A stretch of 63,998 nucleotides of DNA, counting the filler, from Dirinaria sp. TL-2023a (taxonomy: Eukaryota), in assembly GCA_051941275.1 (NCBI GenBank). It is 4 parts of 4 records of this genome, joined end to end, with 100 filler letters (N's around TTAATTAATTAA, not from the genome) between each part and the next. Parts side by side here need not be neighbours in the genome. Positions count along the whole stretch, not along the records: positions 33,331 to 49,884 come from JAVEBF010000485.1; positions 49,985 to 63,998 come from JAVEBF010000632.1; 2 more parts are not named here. The stretch is one strand, 5' to 3'. Below are positions 46,313-57,916 of this stretch, one piece after another (the first letter of the stretch is position 1; every line of letters begins with the position of its first letter). Below the pieces are notes generated by a model. It had not been told where the DNA came from. It made no database searches and was given only the letters and a program-made list of their open reading frames with translations. The position numbers were made by a program, and so were the translations under genes.

Positions 46313-48866
46313 ATGGCTTCAAACATCTCTACAGTGTTAGGCAATCTAGCTTTGAATGAGTCTAATTGGCTGCCTGTCAACGTCTACAACAACTTGACTT
46401 CAAGGATTCCTCCGTCAGGAAACCTGCAATACTTAAATAGCACTCTCCCAGGCTTGGAGGCAAATCACACATATCTCAGGTACAACAAAACGATTGGCGT
46501 TTTCGGCTTGTCTCAAGGAAGCGTGACTGGAACGGATTCATATTTTCGCCCAAACATCTTCTCGTACAATGGGGCCTGTACATATCCGATCAGCGGGCAG
46601 TATGGCTTTCTCAACCGGCTTCTTTTCTACCTCCTCATGATCTTTGCATTGGTTGCCCGGAGACGTACCTGGCTGGCTGCCGCTGCATTGGGAACCGCAA
46701 TGACTTACGCCGCCTCAGCTGCGGTGCACGCTTTTGCGCTGTTGGTGTAAGTACTAAGCGCATGAGCGGCTTGATCCAAAAATATGTCACGAAGAGAAAT
46801 TTGCTGAAACTTTTTCAGGCGATATAACTATAGTATACACGAATTCGACCCTACCAAGCGGGCGTACGAACCCGACGCTTATGGAGATCTTGATCTTCAA
46901 GGTCTTTTCCCAATCCTCGTTGCAAGGTAAGTACCTCTGCGATTTCTCACATGCCACCTGGTTCCCAAGCCCGAGTCATTGATGCACGTGATGACCAGTC
47001 TCTATTTTACTATATTCTCCCATCAGTATACGTTGGATTGCTTCGGAAGATTACAGATCGCAATTCTTGAGACAGGTTCAGTGCTTTTTTCTTGTGTCAA
47101 ATTTCTAGTATTACTGGAATGCTTAAAGACCGGACTGCCATGCAAGTGCAATGGACACGGCGGCTGTAAGTCCTGGCTTGAAAAGATTCGCGCACCGGAA
47201 GACCTTGGATAGGTGCCTCTACCCATCCAAGTTTCATTTCGGCAGCTTTGGGCCAAATCGCCCCTCAGTGCTGAGAGACGCCCTTCCTCAAGTGCTATGG
47301 CAATCTATCTGGTGTGCGAACTCATTCAGCCACTCTCGCTGACTCTGCAATGCACTATAGTTGTATTATGCTGACCCCGATCCTCAATTGGTCTATCGAG
47401 ATCAGAGAGCATGCACGGGCAGTTGCCGTCTACTGGGGTTTGCTGATGTTTGCAGCCTTGGTTCCAACTCTGTATAAGGTTTTCCGAGGCATAGTACCGT
47501 TCTTGGATTATGATCAGATGGTGACTTGCGCGGTTAATGCTTCAGCTGGCTGTACTTTCGACGCCGTTATTGCAGGCGATGGCCAAAATCTGGTATCTTC
47601 GAACTTTTATTCCAAGTAAGTAACGATGAGTTGGTGTCCGAAATCCTTCCCAAAGAGCCCGACTCGACCGCTCAGACCATCGAGAAGTGCAACGCTCAAG
47701 ATACGCGTCTCTAAAATCTCTACTAATTTTGAATAGGTGCAATTGTAACGACACGTGCGGAGCTGCCTCCCCACGAGCTGCATTTAGAAAGGATCAAGGA
47801 CTGCAAGCCTTTCTCGTCTCTGATTCGACTTTCAGGTTGAACATGAAAGATTCCGTAAGCGTTGTGTATATTTTAAACCTCGCGTTTCTGTGCTTCATCA
47901 TCGTCCACGGTGTCCTCGGTATACTTGAAGTGCAATACACCCAAGCCGAACTACGCAACAGAATGTTTGTGTGGTTGGCGGGGAAGGCTCCTTATGGCGA
48001 CCGTATTGGCTTGGCTGCTAGGGTTCGATATCGGTTTGCAAAGTTTATGGCTTCCAGCTTTTTTATCGGTGCAATCGTGGCAGCTGTGATTTGCCCGGCA
48101 ATTTTTGTCAGCTCTGTGATCATCAATGAAATCGTGACGTGGGGATACCCGGTCGGCGAAAGGGCAGATGGTGTTGGTCAGGTAAGCCATGGTTGTCTTT
48201 GCTCCCTGGTCCGGTTCTAAAGCGTGGCAGTGGAGCACGTATGTCGGTGCGGCCTTTGTTCTTATTGGGGCAATAATACAGAGGTACCATCTGGCGTGGC
48301 GGCACGCATTGATCCTATCTCTCTCAAAAGCCCAGGATTTGATCCAATGGACCTTTACCGGCGGGAAAACAAAGTTTCCACTTGGAGGCTCAAAGAACGA
48401 ACGAACCAAGGAGAACAGCATCCTCCAAAACATCGGCGACTTCCTGAAGCAGTGCGCGCGACCGTTCACGCACGCTATAGGTAGTATGAGCCGATCCTGG
48501 CGACGGGTCAGAGAGGAGTGGACCGACTTCATACTCTGGTGGCGCGATCCAATCGACCGATTTGGTCAGCCACATTTCCGCTTTCCTGAGAAGAGGTCGC
48601 CATTTGAGCCATTGGCCTACAACCCTTTGGCACTTCACCGATCTGGAACATTGCCAGCGTCGTTCTCAAAAGAGAACTATTCAAAGTCTTCATTGCTGCG
48701 AAGCCAACCGTCTGATTATTCTCTATCGCCACTGATACCTCAAGGTGCGAGACTTGCGTCTCCCCCACCGGTCGCAGTTGGGCTTGGCTCGCCTGACCCT
48801 GGAGAGCATGGGGACCAAGATACTTTTCAAAGGCATCCCTTTGAACGAAGGGCCAGCGGCATGTAG
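46313..48866 (+). CDS. Uncharacterised fungal multi-pass membrane protein (5 exons, including a 434-nt intron 46927-47360)
   Basis: CTYPISGQYGFLNRLLFY...WLAAAALGTAMTYAASAAVHA, DLDLQGLFPILVAS|CIMLTPILNWS, a Cys-rich loop, and NE...WGYPVGERADGVGQ|WSTYVGAAFV. Canonical splice sites link the ORF pieces. Confidence 0.82.
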
Positions 48867-49884
48867 GATTGTTGTTCGAAGCGCTTCGGTTATCAACGCA
48901 TTCAGTCGACGCTCCCGACCGCTCACCTGAACAGACTGAGATCTGGGTTGCCATCAGTCTCATAGCTATTGACGGTCGACCCTTTACACCTGAAGCATGG
49001 AGTCTAGATCGAAGAGGCAATTTCCTCGTATCCAAGGAAGCAATCGTTCTCATGTGGAACAACCTCATTGAGAAGTCGATCCCGCTACGCTGAATACTTC
49101 ACTCCTGCTTTCTCTCCCGTCGCTTTCGCACTCTTGCGGCACGCAACTTTTTCCGCCTATATCCGGCCCGGAAAAGGAACATTGAGAGTTGAAGATGTCT
49201 GTTGGCGCAACAATCTCACCATACCCCTTCGCAAATTCGATGAGACAGAGGGCACGCAATGCAAGAGCGGTATACGCCACCCCTTTTCTTTTTTTTTTTT
49301 TAAATTTTGAACGTCGGATCCGCCTCTTAGCACCTCCAAAGCATCACTTTCGAGTCCACGTCGCATGCAAAATTGACATAGAATCTAGTCTTAATCTTAT
49401 CTATTCTCTATATTAGGGCCCCCCTGATCCTGTCGATTCTGTTGAAGAAGGGGCCACCTTATTTTTATATCATAGACAGGTTCTCAATATCAAATTCATG
49501 CATATGAGTCATTATAGCCCGGTTTATACCTGGTTATCTATATCTTAGATAGACTTTTCCTAGAATAAAAAATAAGAAAAAGAAAAAAGGCTTAATTACT
49601 CCATACCTCCACTCACTACCTATCTCTCTCAAACACCAGATCGAACCTTGATCCTTTTATGTTAAATCCCGCGCTACAATTCCGTGTTCTTCACAATTTC
49701 GTTTTAGTGTATTTATTGGAGGGGGGGGAAATAAAATCTACTAGTCCCACATACTTTACTCAGAGAGCAAAACCCCTATCTTCCACCTTCCATCTCCCAT
49801 CTCCACGACGCCATGTTAAACCTAGAACCCACTTCATACCTCAAACCTCAAAGCCTTTTCACATACCATACCCTATGCCTATTC

Positions 49885-49984
49885 NNNNNNNNNNNNNNNN
49901 NNNNNNNNNNNNNNNNNNNNNNNNNNNNTTAATTAATTAANNNNNNNNNNNNNNNNNNNNNNNNNNNNNNNNNNNNNNNNNNNN
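49885..49984. other. Artificial contig linker (N44-TTAATTAATTAA-N44)
   Basis: Same 100-nt linker. Confidence 0.98.
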
Positions 49985-50062
49985 GATATGGGTGGCAATG
50001 TTGTGTGTCAGGGATAAGAAGATTAAATTAGATGTATTTACACGAATTCATCGAACATGACT

Positions 50063-52988
50063 TCATAGAAAAAGGCCCGCTCTGACCTCTACCATAGCCG
50101 CCAGCTCCAGCAAGAACTCCTGCAGTATAATAATATTCGTCAGCAGATGGCTCAAAGTAACTTCCCGAAATCGCTTTTGGGGTAGACGATGCGAATCCGA
50201 GCTTCGATTACTGCTCGATTCGCTGCTGCCTATATTAGAGGTCTGGCTCCGCGTAGCTACTGCCAGATTGGTCGGAACTTTGATCTTTTGGCGAAGCGCG
50301 TTTCCGAGACTGATCGGACTCCGCAAGCCCTTAGGCGGAGTAGAAGTGAGCGAGTCTTTGCGATGTGATGAACCTGTGTCTGCGCTTGAAGCAGTTTTTG
50401 CGGGACTCAGTGATGGGGATGTTCGTAGGTGGCTGAGCCTGCTAACGAGCGTTGGAGCGGATTTTTCTGGCTGGCGGCCGCGCGGCGAGCTTGAGCGTGA
50501 AACGGCCGCAGAGTTTCCTCCGGACAAAAGTCTTTCGGAAATCGATGTAATCTGAGGTGGGTTTTTCTTTCTTGTCGGCGAAGTGGCTTTTGAGCCTTGA
50601 GATGTTCTTATAGGAGCCGGTGCGTCGTTGAGTGCGTTTTCAATATCTTCTCCTACTTTAAATACGTGCCTTCTTTCTGCAAGATAAACGTCAAAATCTT
50701 CAATCTCTCGACTGAAACGATCGACTTGTGCGACTAGTGCATCGAAATGATTCAAGAGCGGGGGCATCTCTTCGTCTACGTGGTCTCGGTATGTTCTGCC
50801 TGTTCCTTGATTTAAGTCCTCGTCCTGCTTGTCCAAGGGATCTGTCTCATAATCTTGACAAGGCTGCTTCTCGTTGTCTGAAATGAGGGCCGTCGATTGC
50901 TGGCCTTGCATATCCAGCATTAACGATTCGCTGCTCAAGAGCCAGCCATTCAGCTGGGTATATCCGCACGACACTATAGTGGATATGACTTTTGTCAGGC
51001 CGAGGTTTGTCTCAATGTCGTTCGAAAAAAAGGTCTCTATCAAAGCTTGCAGACATTGTAATGAAGGATCATCCAACCGAAGGGTATGGGGATGTACTTT
51101 TTCTAGGTTCGCTTGGCCATGCCCTTCATCAGGTCTGTCTCCGAGGACCGTCTCTAAATCCGGTATAACAAGAAGCTCTCCAGAGCATACGTGTGACTCG
51201 ATGATACTTCGAGCGTCCTTTAGATGATTTGCGTAACATAACTCTAAGCGGTCATCATCCACCAGGCTATCAGCCATATCTAGAAGGGCATTCACGTCCT
51301 TTTCATGAGTGGCAATGTTCCATTTAGTATGTTCCTCATCTAGTGGCACGGTCTTAATTATCTGAGAGTAGACATAATGATGAAGGGGCCCTAGAAGAAC
51401 TGAAAGTAGCCGTAAAGTAGCAGTTATAGTCTGCTCGCGCGGAGATTGTAGGCTTGTCAATGTAAGATCTACCAGACTAAAAAGATCCGGGGAATGACTA
51501 TCTTTTGCAATCGCCCGTTGACTGATTAGCGATTCGGACTTGCGGCGTCTAGCGATCGTAGTTGGTCTTGCATTGTGAGAGCTTTCAGTGTTCTTCTTAG
51601 GAAGAGCTAGGAGGAAACGCAAAACGAGTGAAAGTAGCTCGGCGTTACTAAGAGACTGAAGTATGCACTTCAAATATGTTAGAACCGCGACAGCTCCGCC
51701 GTCGATGTCGGACGATTCTAAAAGCGACGGATATCTAGTCTCGGAGTCAGCTGAAGGCCGCCGCTACGCAGATACTCCAGTCCTCACAAAAGTTGTTGCA
51801 GGAATAAAAGCTCAAAGTGCTCCAGCAATATCTGTTTGATGTCTGCGGAATCGCAATGGTCCAGCACATCTTGCCAAAACATTAAATAGTCTAGGAATGC
51901 TCCTAGGCTGCTTTGATTCTCGATGGATGCAACCTCCTCGGCGCCGAGCGCAGTTTCCTGGCTTGAAACGTCCGAGAACGCAATTATAGGAGGAAACAGA
52001 TCCTTAGTGTAGGTGAAAACAAGGTTCCTATACACATTAGCTGAGAATCTCGGCAAGTCAGATCAAGGAGAGTACCTGCTCAACTGGCTGTACAGCGCTC
52101 CAAGTCCACTTGCCATAAAGGTCGCGAGATCGCTTTCGATGATCCACTTTTCAAGCGATTCCGAATGCGTGGACAACTCGATGATATAAAGCAGCCCCGT
52201 TCTAGCAAATTCACCAGCTCTGCCCTTACGATGTACACTACCTAACAGAGAATAGAACAATGGAAATTGCTTCTCGTTCAGCCGGGGTATAGATGTGAAT
52301 TTCCAGTCTCCTCCCAATTGCTCATCTCCGTTCGCGGCATCAGGTCTAAACCAGCACTGAATGCAGTCTGGTTTGAACCTCAACTTGGCCGCTATTTCGA
52401 AAAGCACTTCGAGTAAGAGCGCTTCTGATTCATCAGTCTGACGTCCGGACGTAGGTAGTTCAATGCAAAGTCTTGCAATAGCATTAGCAAACGGACGACT
52501 TTCCAAGAACCCACCCTCCTCGCTGTCTACAAGTACGCTGAGCATTGTAAGGGCCTCGCGAAGCGCAATTCCATCTAGAGATGGAGCTAGTAGGATGATT
52601 GGAAGGTACGCTTGCGAGCTTGCCACATATTCGATACAAAGGTGAGGCGCATTCGCGCGGCTCTCATCCTGGAGCAACGTCCGCAAAGTTTCTAAGGAGC
52701 TGCGAGCCTCTTCGACGGATGTACGTCTGAGCGGAGCACCATTGCTCCGGCGCCATGACGACTATGTTACGACCTTAGCAAGATATGCGACGATCAGATG
52801 TTGAGGTGTTGGTACCAAGAGCTGTTCAGAGGCTCGTTGGAAACAGGCTAGTCGCTGCTGTGCACTATTTTGGCTGGTTTGTTTGGTAGGTCGTGCCCCG
52901 CCACCACCGATCAGGCGTGACCACTATGAATTATACTGTCAGCGCACACCTTCAGAACTGCACGGATTTGAAGGCATACGAAATCCAT
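50063..52988 (-). CDS. FHF-complex Hook-interacting protein (FAM160/RAI16-like, FhipA), multi-exon
   Basis: Spliced start MDF|WSRLIGG, then FPLFYSLL..VHRKGRAGEFARTGLLYIIE, ESDLATFMASGLGALYSQLSR, FLQQLL|YPSLLESSDIDGGAVAVLTYL and SHLLTNIIILQEFLLELAA.VEVRA. Confidence 0.9.
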
Positions 52989-53315
52989 CCAGGAGAGTCA
53001 AGAGTGGCATACCTACAGTACCTTAATATGCATAATCTACTGTACGTATGCGACCCGCGTTACGCGTTGGAATTTCCGGCGCTCCCGGCATAAGGTTGGT
53101 CCGTTCCGGAAATTCGCCTACATTCTGAGTCCGCCTCGGCCTGACGTCGTCACGCCTGCCATGGATTCCCTTCCTCCTCACTTCTAACAGCTCAATTATT
53201 GCGGAGTCCTGTGGTGTAACAGGTAGCAAAGCTGCATGCATTCAAAATGCAGTAGCCATAGACGCCTTTGAAAATGCTATTATCTCTTATATACAATTCA
53301 ACTAGAGGAAGCTTC

Positions 53316-54099
53316 TCAAAACGTGTCGGGGTCCTTCTTTCTCTTTTTCGTTACACCCCGTTTCTTCTTCACTTCAACCCCCTCTTCGCTATCTTCATCC
53401 TTTTTTGGCGCGGGTGCGTCAGGGACCTTTTCCACAATGGTCTTCAGGAAGTCGAGTTGCGACTCCTTCATGACCACGTTCTTGAGATGCGCGGCAGTCA
53501 CCCGCTTCGCTGACACGTTCCTTGCTTCGTTGGCAGATTTCGTTATGACTGATATCATAAAGAGCTCCAGTGCTTTGGCTAACACAGCGTCCGTATTAGT
53601 GCGAGTTATGACACAGGCCGCTCGATGGAAACAGATTGGACTTACAGACTGCCGTTGGTGTCACCTGCGCAACTTTCCCCACGTCCTCATCCGCCTGCAT
53701 TATTCGCTTGATTCTAGCAACCGGGAACTTCGTCTTCACTTCGATCCCTTCCTCGACCCCGGGCGCTGGCTTGTGGCAGTCAAACTCGACTTTTTGCTTC
53801 TTGCCATTGCTTGCTGACCCACGAGTAGCCGCTGCCGGGGCCCACTCATCATCGTCGGTAGCGTGTCTTATTCGGCCGTTTCTTGGCATGTTGGGTGGCT
53901 GATATTGACCTTGTAGTTGGAGAGGTTGCTGGCCGAAGGCGAACTGATCGTAATTGCCAGGTGGCAGATATGATGTTTGCTGGTACGTTTGCTGCTGTTG
54001 AGGATAGTAGGAGGGCTGTGCAGGTTCTGAAGGGTACGCAGAGTGGTAAGCCGAAAGGTCTGGTGATTGAGGGGCGTATGAGCCGTCGGGATCGTCCAT
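53316..54099 (-). CDS. BUR6: Negative cofactor 2 alpha subunit (Bur6/DRAP1, histone fold), 2 exons
   Basis: IEVKTKFPVARIKRIMQADEDVGKVAQVTPTAV|AKALELFMISVITKSA...KRVTAAHLK...DFL..IVEKVPD. Confidence 0.93.
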
Positions 54100-54728
54100 T
54101 GTGAAGGGCAAATTTTAAAAGTAAGTGGGCAAACGGTGAATCCTAGTGTTGATGTTGAGCATGAAGCCCTGTATACCACCTTCACTTTGGGAAGCCCTAA
54201 GGGCGGAACTTTGGTGTTGTGCCGCAAAAGGATTAGCGTGTTTTTCGAAACCGTGGGTGTCCGTAAATACTTGACATTTTGGTCGAGGGAAAAGGGATTG
54301 TTTAAATGCTGGCTGAGCTGCCGGTCGCGTAATCTGCCAAGCGCTTTAGCGTCATATCGAACATGGACGATCACTGTGACTGGAAAGCACGAACTCCTTT
54401 TCTCTTACATTACTTACTTACCTACATGTTGGATGATGACACAGTTTGCGCTTGATAGCTGTGTAGAGAACTGATGTTTTCACCAGGGTCGACAGGCACT
54501 ATTCAAACAACCTGGCTTGCAGAGGCAGAAGCCTTGAGAATAATTCTCAACGGTTTCTGTACGCGTCCAGCCCTTGTTTGGTAGAGGCATTCGAGGCTCT
54601 GCGCATCGGCTAGTGATAGCCATCTACTTGATCTAATCTGACAACATTGTGGGAAGGAGCCCTTGATCATGAGACTGCTCTGGTACGACATCATGTATGC
54701 TTCAAGCTCCTGCTTGCCTGCGTGTCTT

Positions 54729-56097
54729 CTAAAGCCCCGGCTTACTCTCAAACCCCCTTGAATAGTCATAATCGTCACCAAATACTTTTTCTCCTGCCAT
54801 GGATCTTCGTGTTAGGTCCGCCCTGATCAAGTAAAATATGTTAGCATTTCCCTCTTGGATCGGAGTTGAATTGAAAAGTTCGCCTCCATAACTGGTTTCT
54901 CCCTGAGCATCTTTCGCCCCGTACTGCGACACAGGTAATGATAAAAAGTTACAAGGATCGTACCAGTCGACAGGTTCCGTTCCCTCCAACAGCTCCTCCA
55001 TTCCCTCCGGAATTTGATCGACCTTTTTCGCACTATCTCCAAGGTTGCTAACACTTGCGCATAGACTATCCTTCAACGGCTCCGAGTACTACCTATTGTG
55101 AGACAAGCTATCAAAAGTGAGATTGAAGAACGACCCACTGAAGACAGTGATCCCTTCGGGCTTCCGGCGTCATTGATGATGAGACCAGTAGCCGATCTGC
55201 TCTGCGATCTCTTCGGCCTGGATCCCTCGCGCCGTGGAGGTCGAGTCTGCGGACAGTAGATTAGTCAAAGTCGGGTGCTATCGTCTGGCTTCATCTCACC
55301 GGAGTAAGGATTGGCACGGTTCCACGTGCTTCGGACTTTCTGACTCTATGCACCATCCTTCGATAGTCCAATTCGCTTGTGAGCGTCGTCCAGGAAGAGT
55401 CAAGGAACCTATGCTCTCCTTTACCGATAATCGCAAGCTTATACCTCCAAGCATCGAGGAAACGCATGTCGTCAGTAGCTGTTACTGCTTTACCTGACAA
55501 TTCTGCCCTTGTGGTGACGAATTCCTGAAGCTGAAGGTTCAGCTCTAAAAAGCTAATTTGTGGCGGCAAGTAGGCTTGTGTGAGCTTTTCAGTACCTCTA
55601 AAGTTCGTAAATACAAAAGTCTTGACTCTGGCACGCAGCTTTAGCTCTGGGTGTTCAACGTCGTGGAGATAGCCGGCCATCTCGGTCAGAGAAGACATGT
55701 CGGCAGTTTTATTATCGATTTCTTGCTGCGTCTTCCCTGCCTTCAGGAGTCGGTGACGGATTTCACGAAGCGCGTCGGCTTTAAGTTGCTCGTCTTTCTC
55801 CAATAGTTCCTCCCTTGTTGTGTCTGAGATGGCGTCCTCACCCGCATTCTCCTCGTGGGCCCGATTCGCTGCTTCGATGAGTGAAAATGCGCCACCTGGA
55901 ATTTCCTTCGGTTCCGGGTCGTAAGTAGTCTCAACCGCCCAGTACTTCAGAATCTGGTCTAGTCCACCCAGATCACGTGAAAAACCAGGAGGTCCAGAGC
56001 CCAAGGCCTTTCTTGTTTGCCACTCTATGACTTCGTCAACATTGACCTTTCTTGATTGAGTCTTCGCTGGCTTTTGGGGTCCCTGCACTTGGTCCAT
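54729..56097 (-). CDS. Hypothetical protein, at least 3 exons; true start uncertain (may lie upstream, to ~56550)
   Basis: The 268-aa ORF joins in frame via GTGAGA...GACTAAT...CAG and GTGGGT...TAG introns to TRPPRREG... and YSEPLKDSLC...; no recognisable domain. Confidence 0.6.
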
Positions 56098-56794
56098 CTC
56101 GACGTCGTTAAAAGATACTTTGTAGGGCCTACAGCTGGTGACTGATCGCTTCTAGAGTTTAGGCATAGCGCTCTGCAAAGGTGGCAAAAAGCGAGGAAGG
56201 CGCGAAGAAATGTTGCTCATTAAGTGTGCACTTTAGAGCGTGTGGTAGAAGTTTTGGCATTGAAATGGTTGCTCCAGGTGATGCACTTAGTGTCGAATCA
56301 AGGTCGCAACATTGCGTGATGTACCTTACCTTAAGCTTTTATCACTTCCTAGGTCTTAGTCCTGGGTTTGAGCTGTCTGGCCCAGCTGATCATTACGGTC
56401 GGGTGGCATCTTGGGCCCGCTTGAAATGGTCATCATTGGTGTCTGGCTTGGACTGTGATAATTCATGAGTGGCCCATAGCCGAAAACATTTCCTAGGGGT
56501 TCAGTGGGACATTTATGCTTTGCCCTCTTCAATCTCTGCTCGTTTGCCATAAATGTTCCATCTATTTGGACCAGTGCGGTATATTGTAAAGCCTAGTAGC
56601 GTATCTTTAATACCCTATATATACATTCTAGATACAGCATGAACCAAGACGCAGGAGGGAAGAGTCGTGGCTTTGCGCAAATATGAACGGACCTACTCAA
56701 GACTATACAGATGCAGTACACGCTAAATTTGAGACTGGACGCTCGGTCGAGGGAAAACCATACGAAGGTGTAATTATGCCTATGAGACGAGACA

Positions 56795-57552
56795 CTAGAA
56801 TAGCGTCTTCCGTGTGACCTGTCAAGGCAAGATATCAGCAAGACGGTGCATGAAAAGGGTACAATATGGCAACTCACAGCCCACAATCCTGCTACTCCAG
56901 CTACCAAACTCCCAGAAATCATCATCGGCCTTACTCCTCTCGTACTTTTGAACAGCATGCCACTCAACGCCCCCGCTACAATACTATTCGCACTGTCGTG
57001 TCTCCCGCGATAGTATCCGATCGTCGAGTTAATCCCATTGTACACCATTGCAATGACGCCAGCAGAGTTGCCCAGAAAGGGTCCCCTTCTTGTCACCGCA
57101 TTCAGGACACTGTTCAGCCGTAACTTCGGCGGCGAGCCCGGCGGTAACCGATTGAATCCTTCCACCAACCCCCATGCACCACCGAACGTCAGCGCAGAAA
57201 GGTATGTGACACCAGTCCCGTAGCAGAGATCGTCGCTCCATCCTCGAGAGGGTAGGGCGGAGCGCGAACCTGGAAGGTCTGAGAGAGCAGATTCTTCCAG
57301 GGAGAGGTAATCAAGTGTTTTTTGGTCTAAGCCGGCGAGAGGGTGGAGCTGAGAAGGGTCAGGAATGGAGGTGCTGCTGAGAAAGTCGTTGACATTGGGT
57401 GCGGCGGAGGTGGCATCGAAGGAAGGTTTAAAGGTTGTGGTCGGGCTTGCATCATCAAAGGTGTTGGGGGAAGTTGTTGAGGCGGCGGAGGAGGAGGAGG
57501 AGGAAGAGGAGGAGGGAGACTTTTTGCCAGTGAGAGTTCCCCAGAGCGACAT
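56795..57552 (-). CDS. TIM23: Mitochondrial inner-membrane translocase Tim23, 2 exons
   Basis: LHPLAGL, LPSRGWSDDLCYGTGVTYL, KLRLNSVLNAVTRRGPFLGNSAG and GMLFKSTRG; the last exon is VTRKTLF*. Confidence 0.96.
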
Positions 57553-57916
57553 CGCAACCAAGTAGAAAGATGAGGTGCAGGGACAGATACGCTGATCAGT
57601 GGTTAAGGTAGATACTCTACCTACTTACTGGAGGGAGGCCAAAAAATGTAATACTGGTGAGGCCGGTTAAAATTGCCGTTCCTGGAACTTACAGCTTCCC
57701 TCCCTCGTTACTTCACTCTTGCTCCAACACTTGTCTACACACATCTACTATAACCAGGTTTGCTCGCAGCCAAACTCGACAAGAACAAATATTGGGATTT
57801 GGAGCCTTTCCGCAATGAGCTTCGACTGCATCCCTTACACGTCGCAACCTTTCGTGCACTGTGAATGATGGTGGATTATAAGTGCTCCAAGACCGGCTAT
57901 GCTCAATCATCAAGTC

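Noticed and set aside
47260..47300. TPP riboswitch in the long intron (GCTGAGA motif)
   Set aside because: It lacks the downstream CTGGATAATNCCAGCG-type conserved core, and the host gene is not recognisably thiamine-related.
57480..57520. (GGA)n tract as an independent repeat element
   Set aside because: It encodes the poly-Ser linker in the Tim23 N-terminus.
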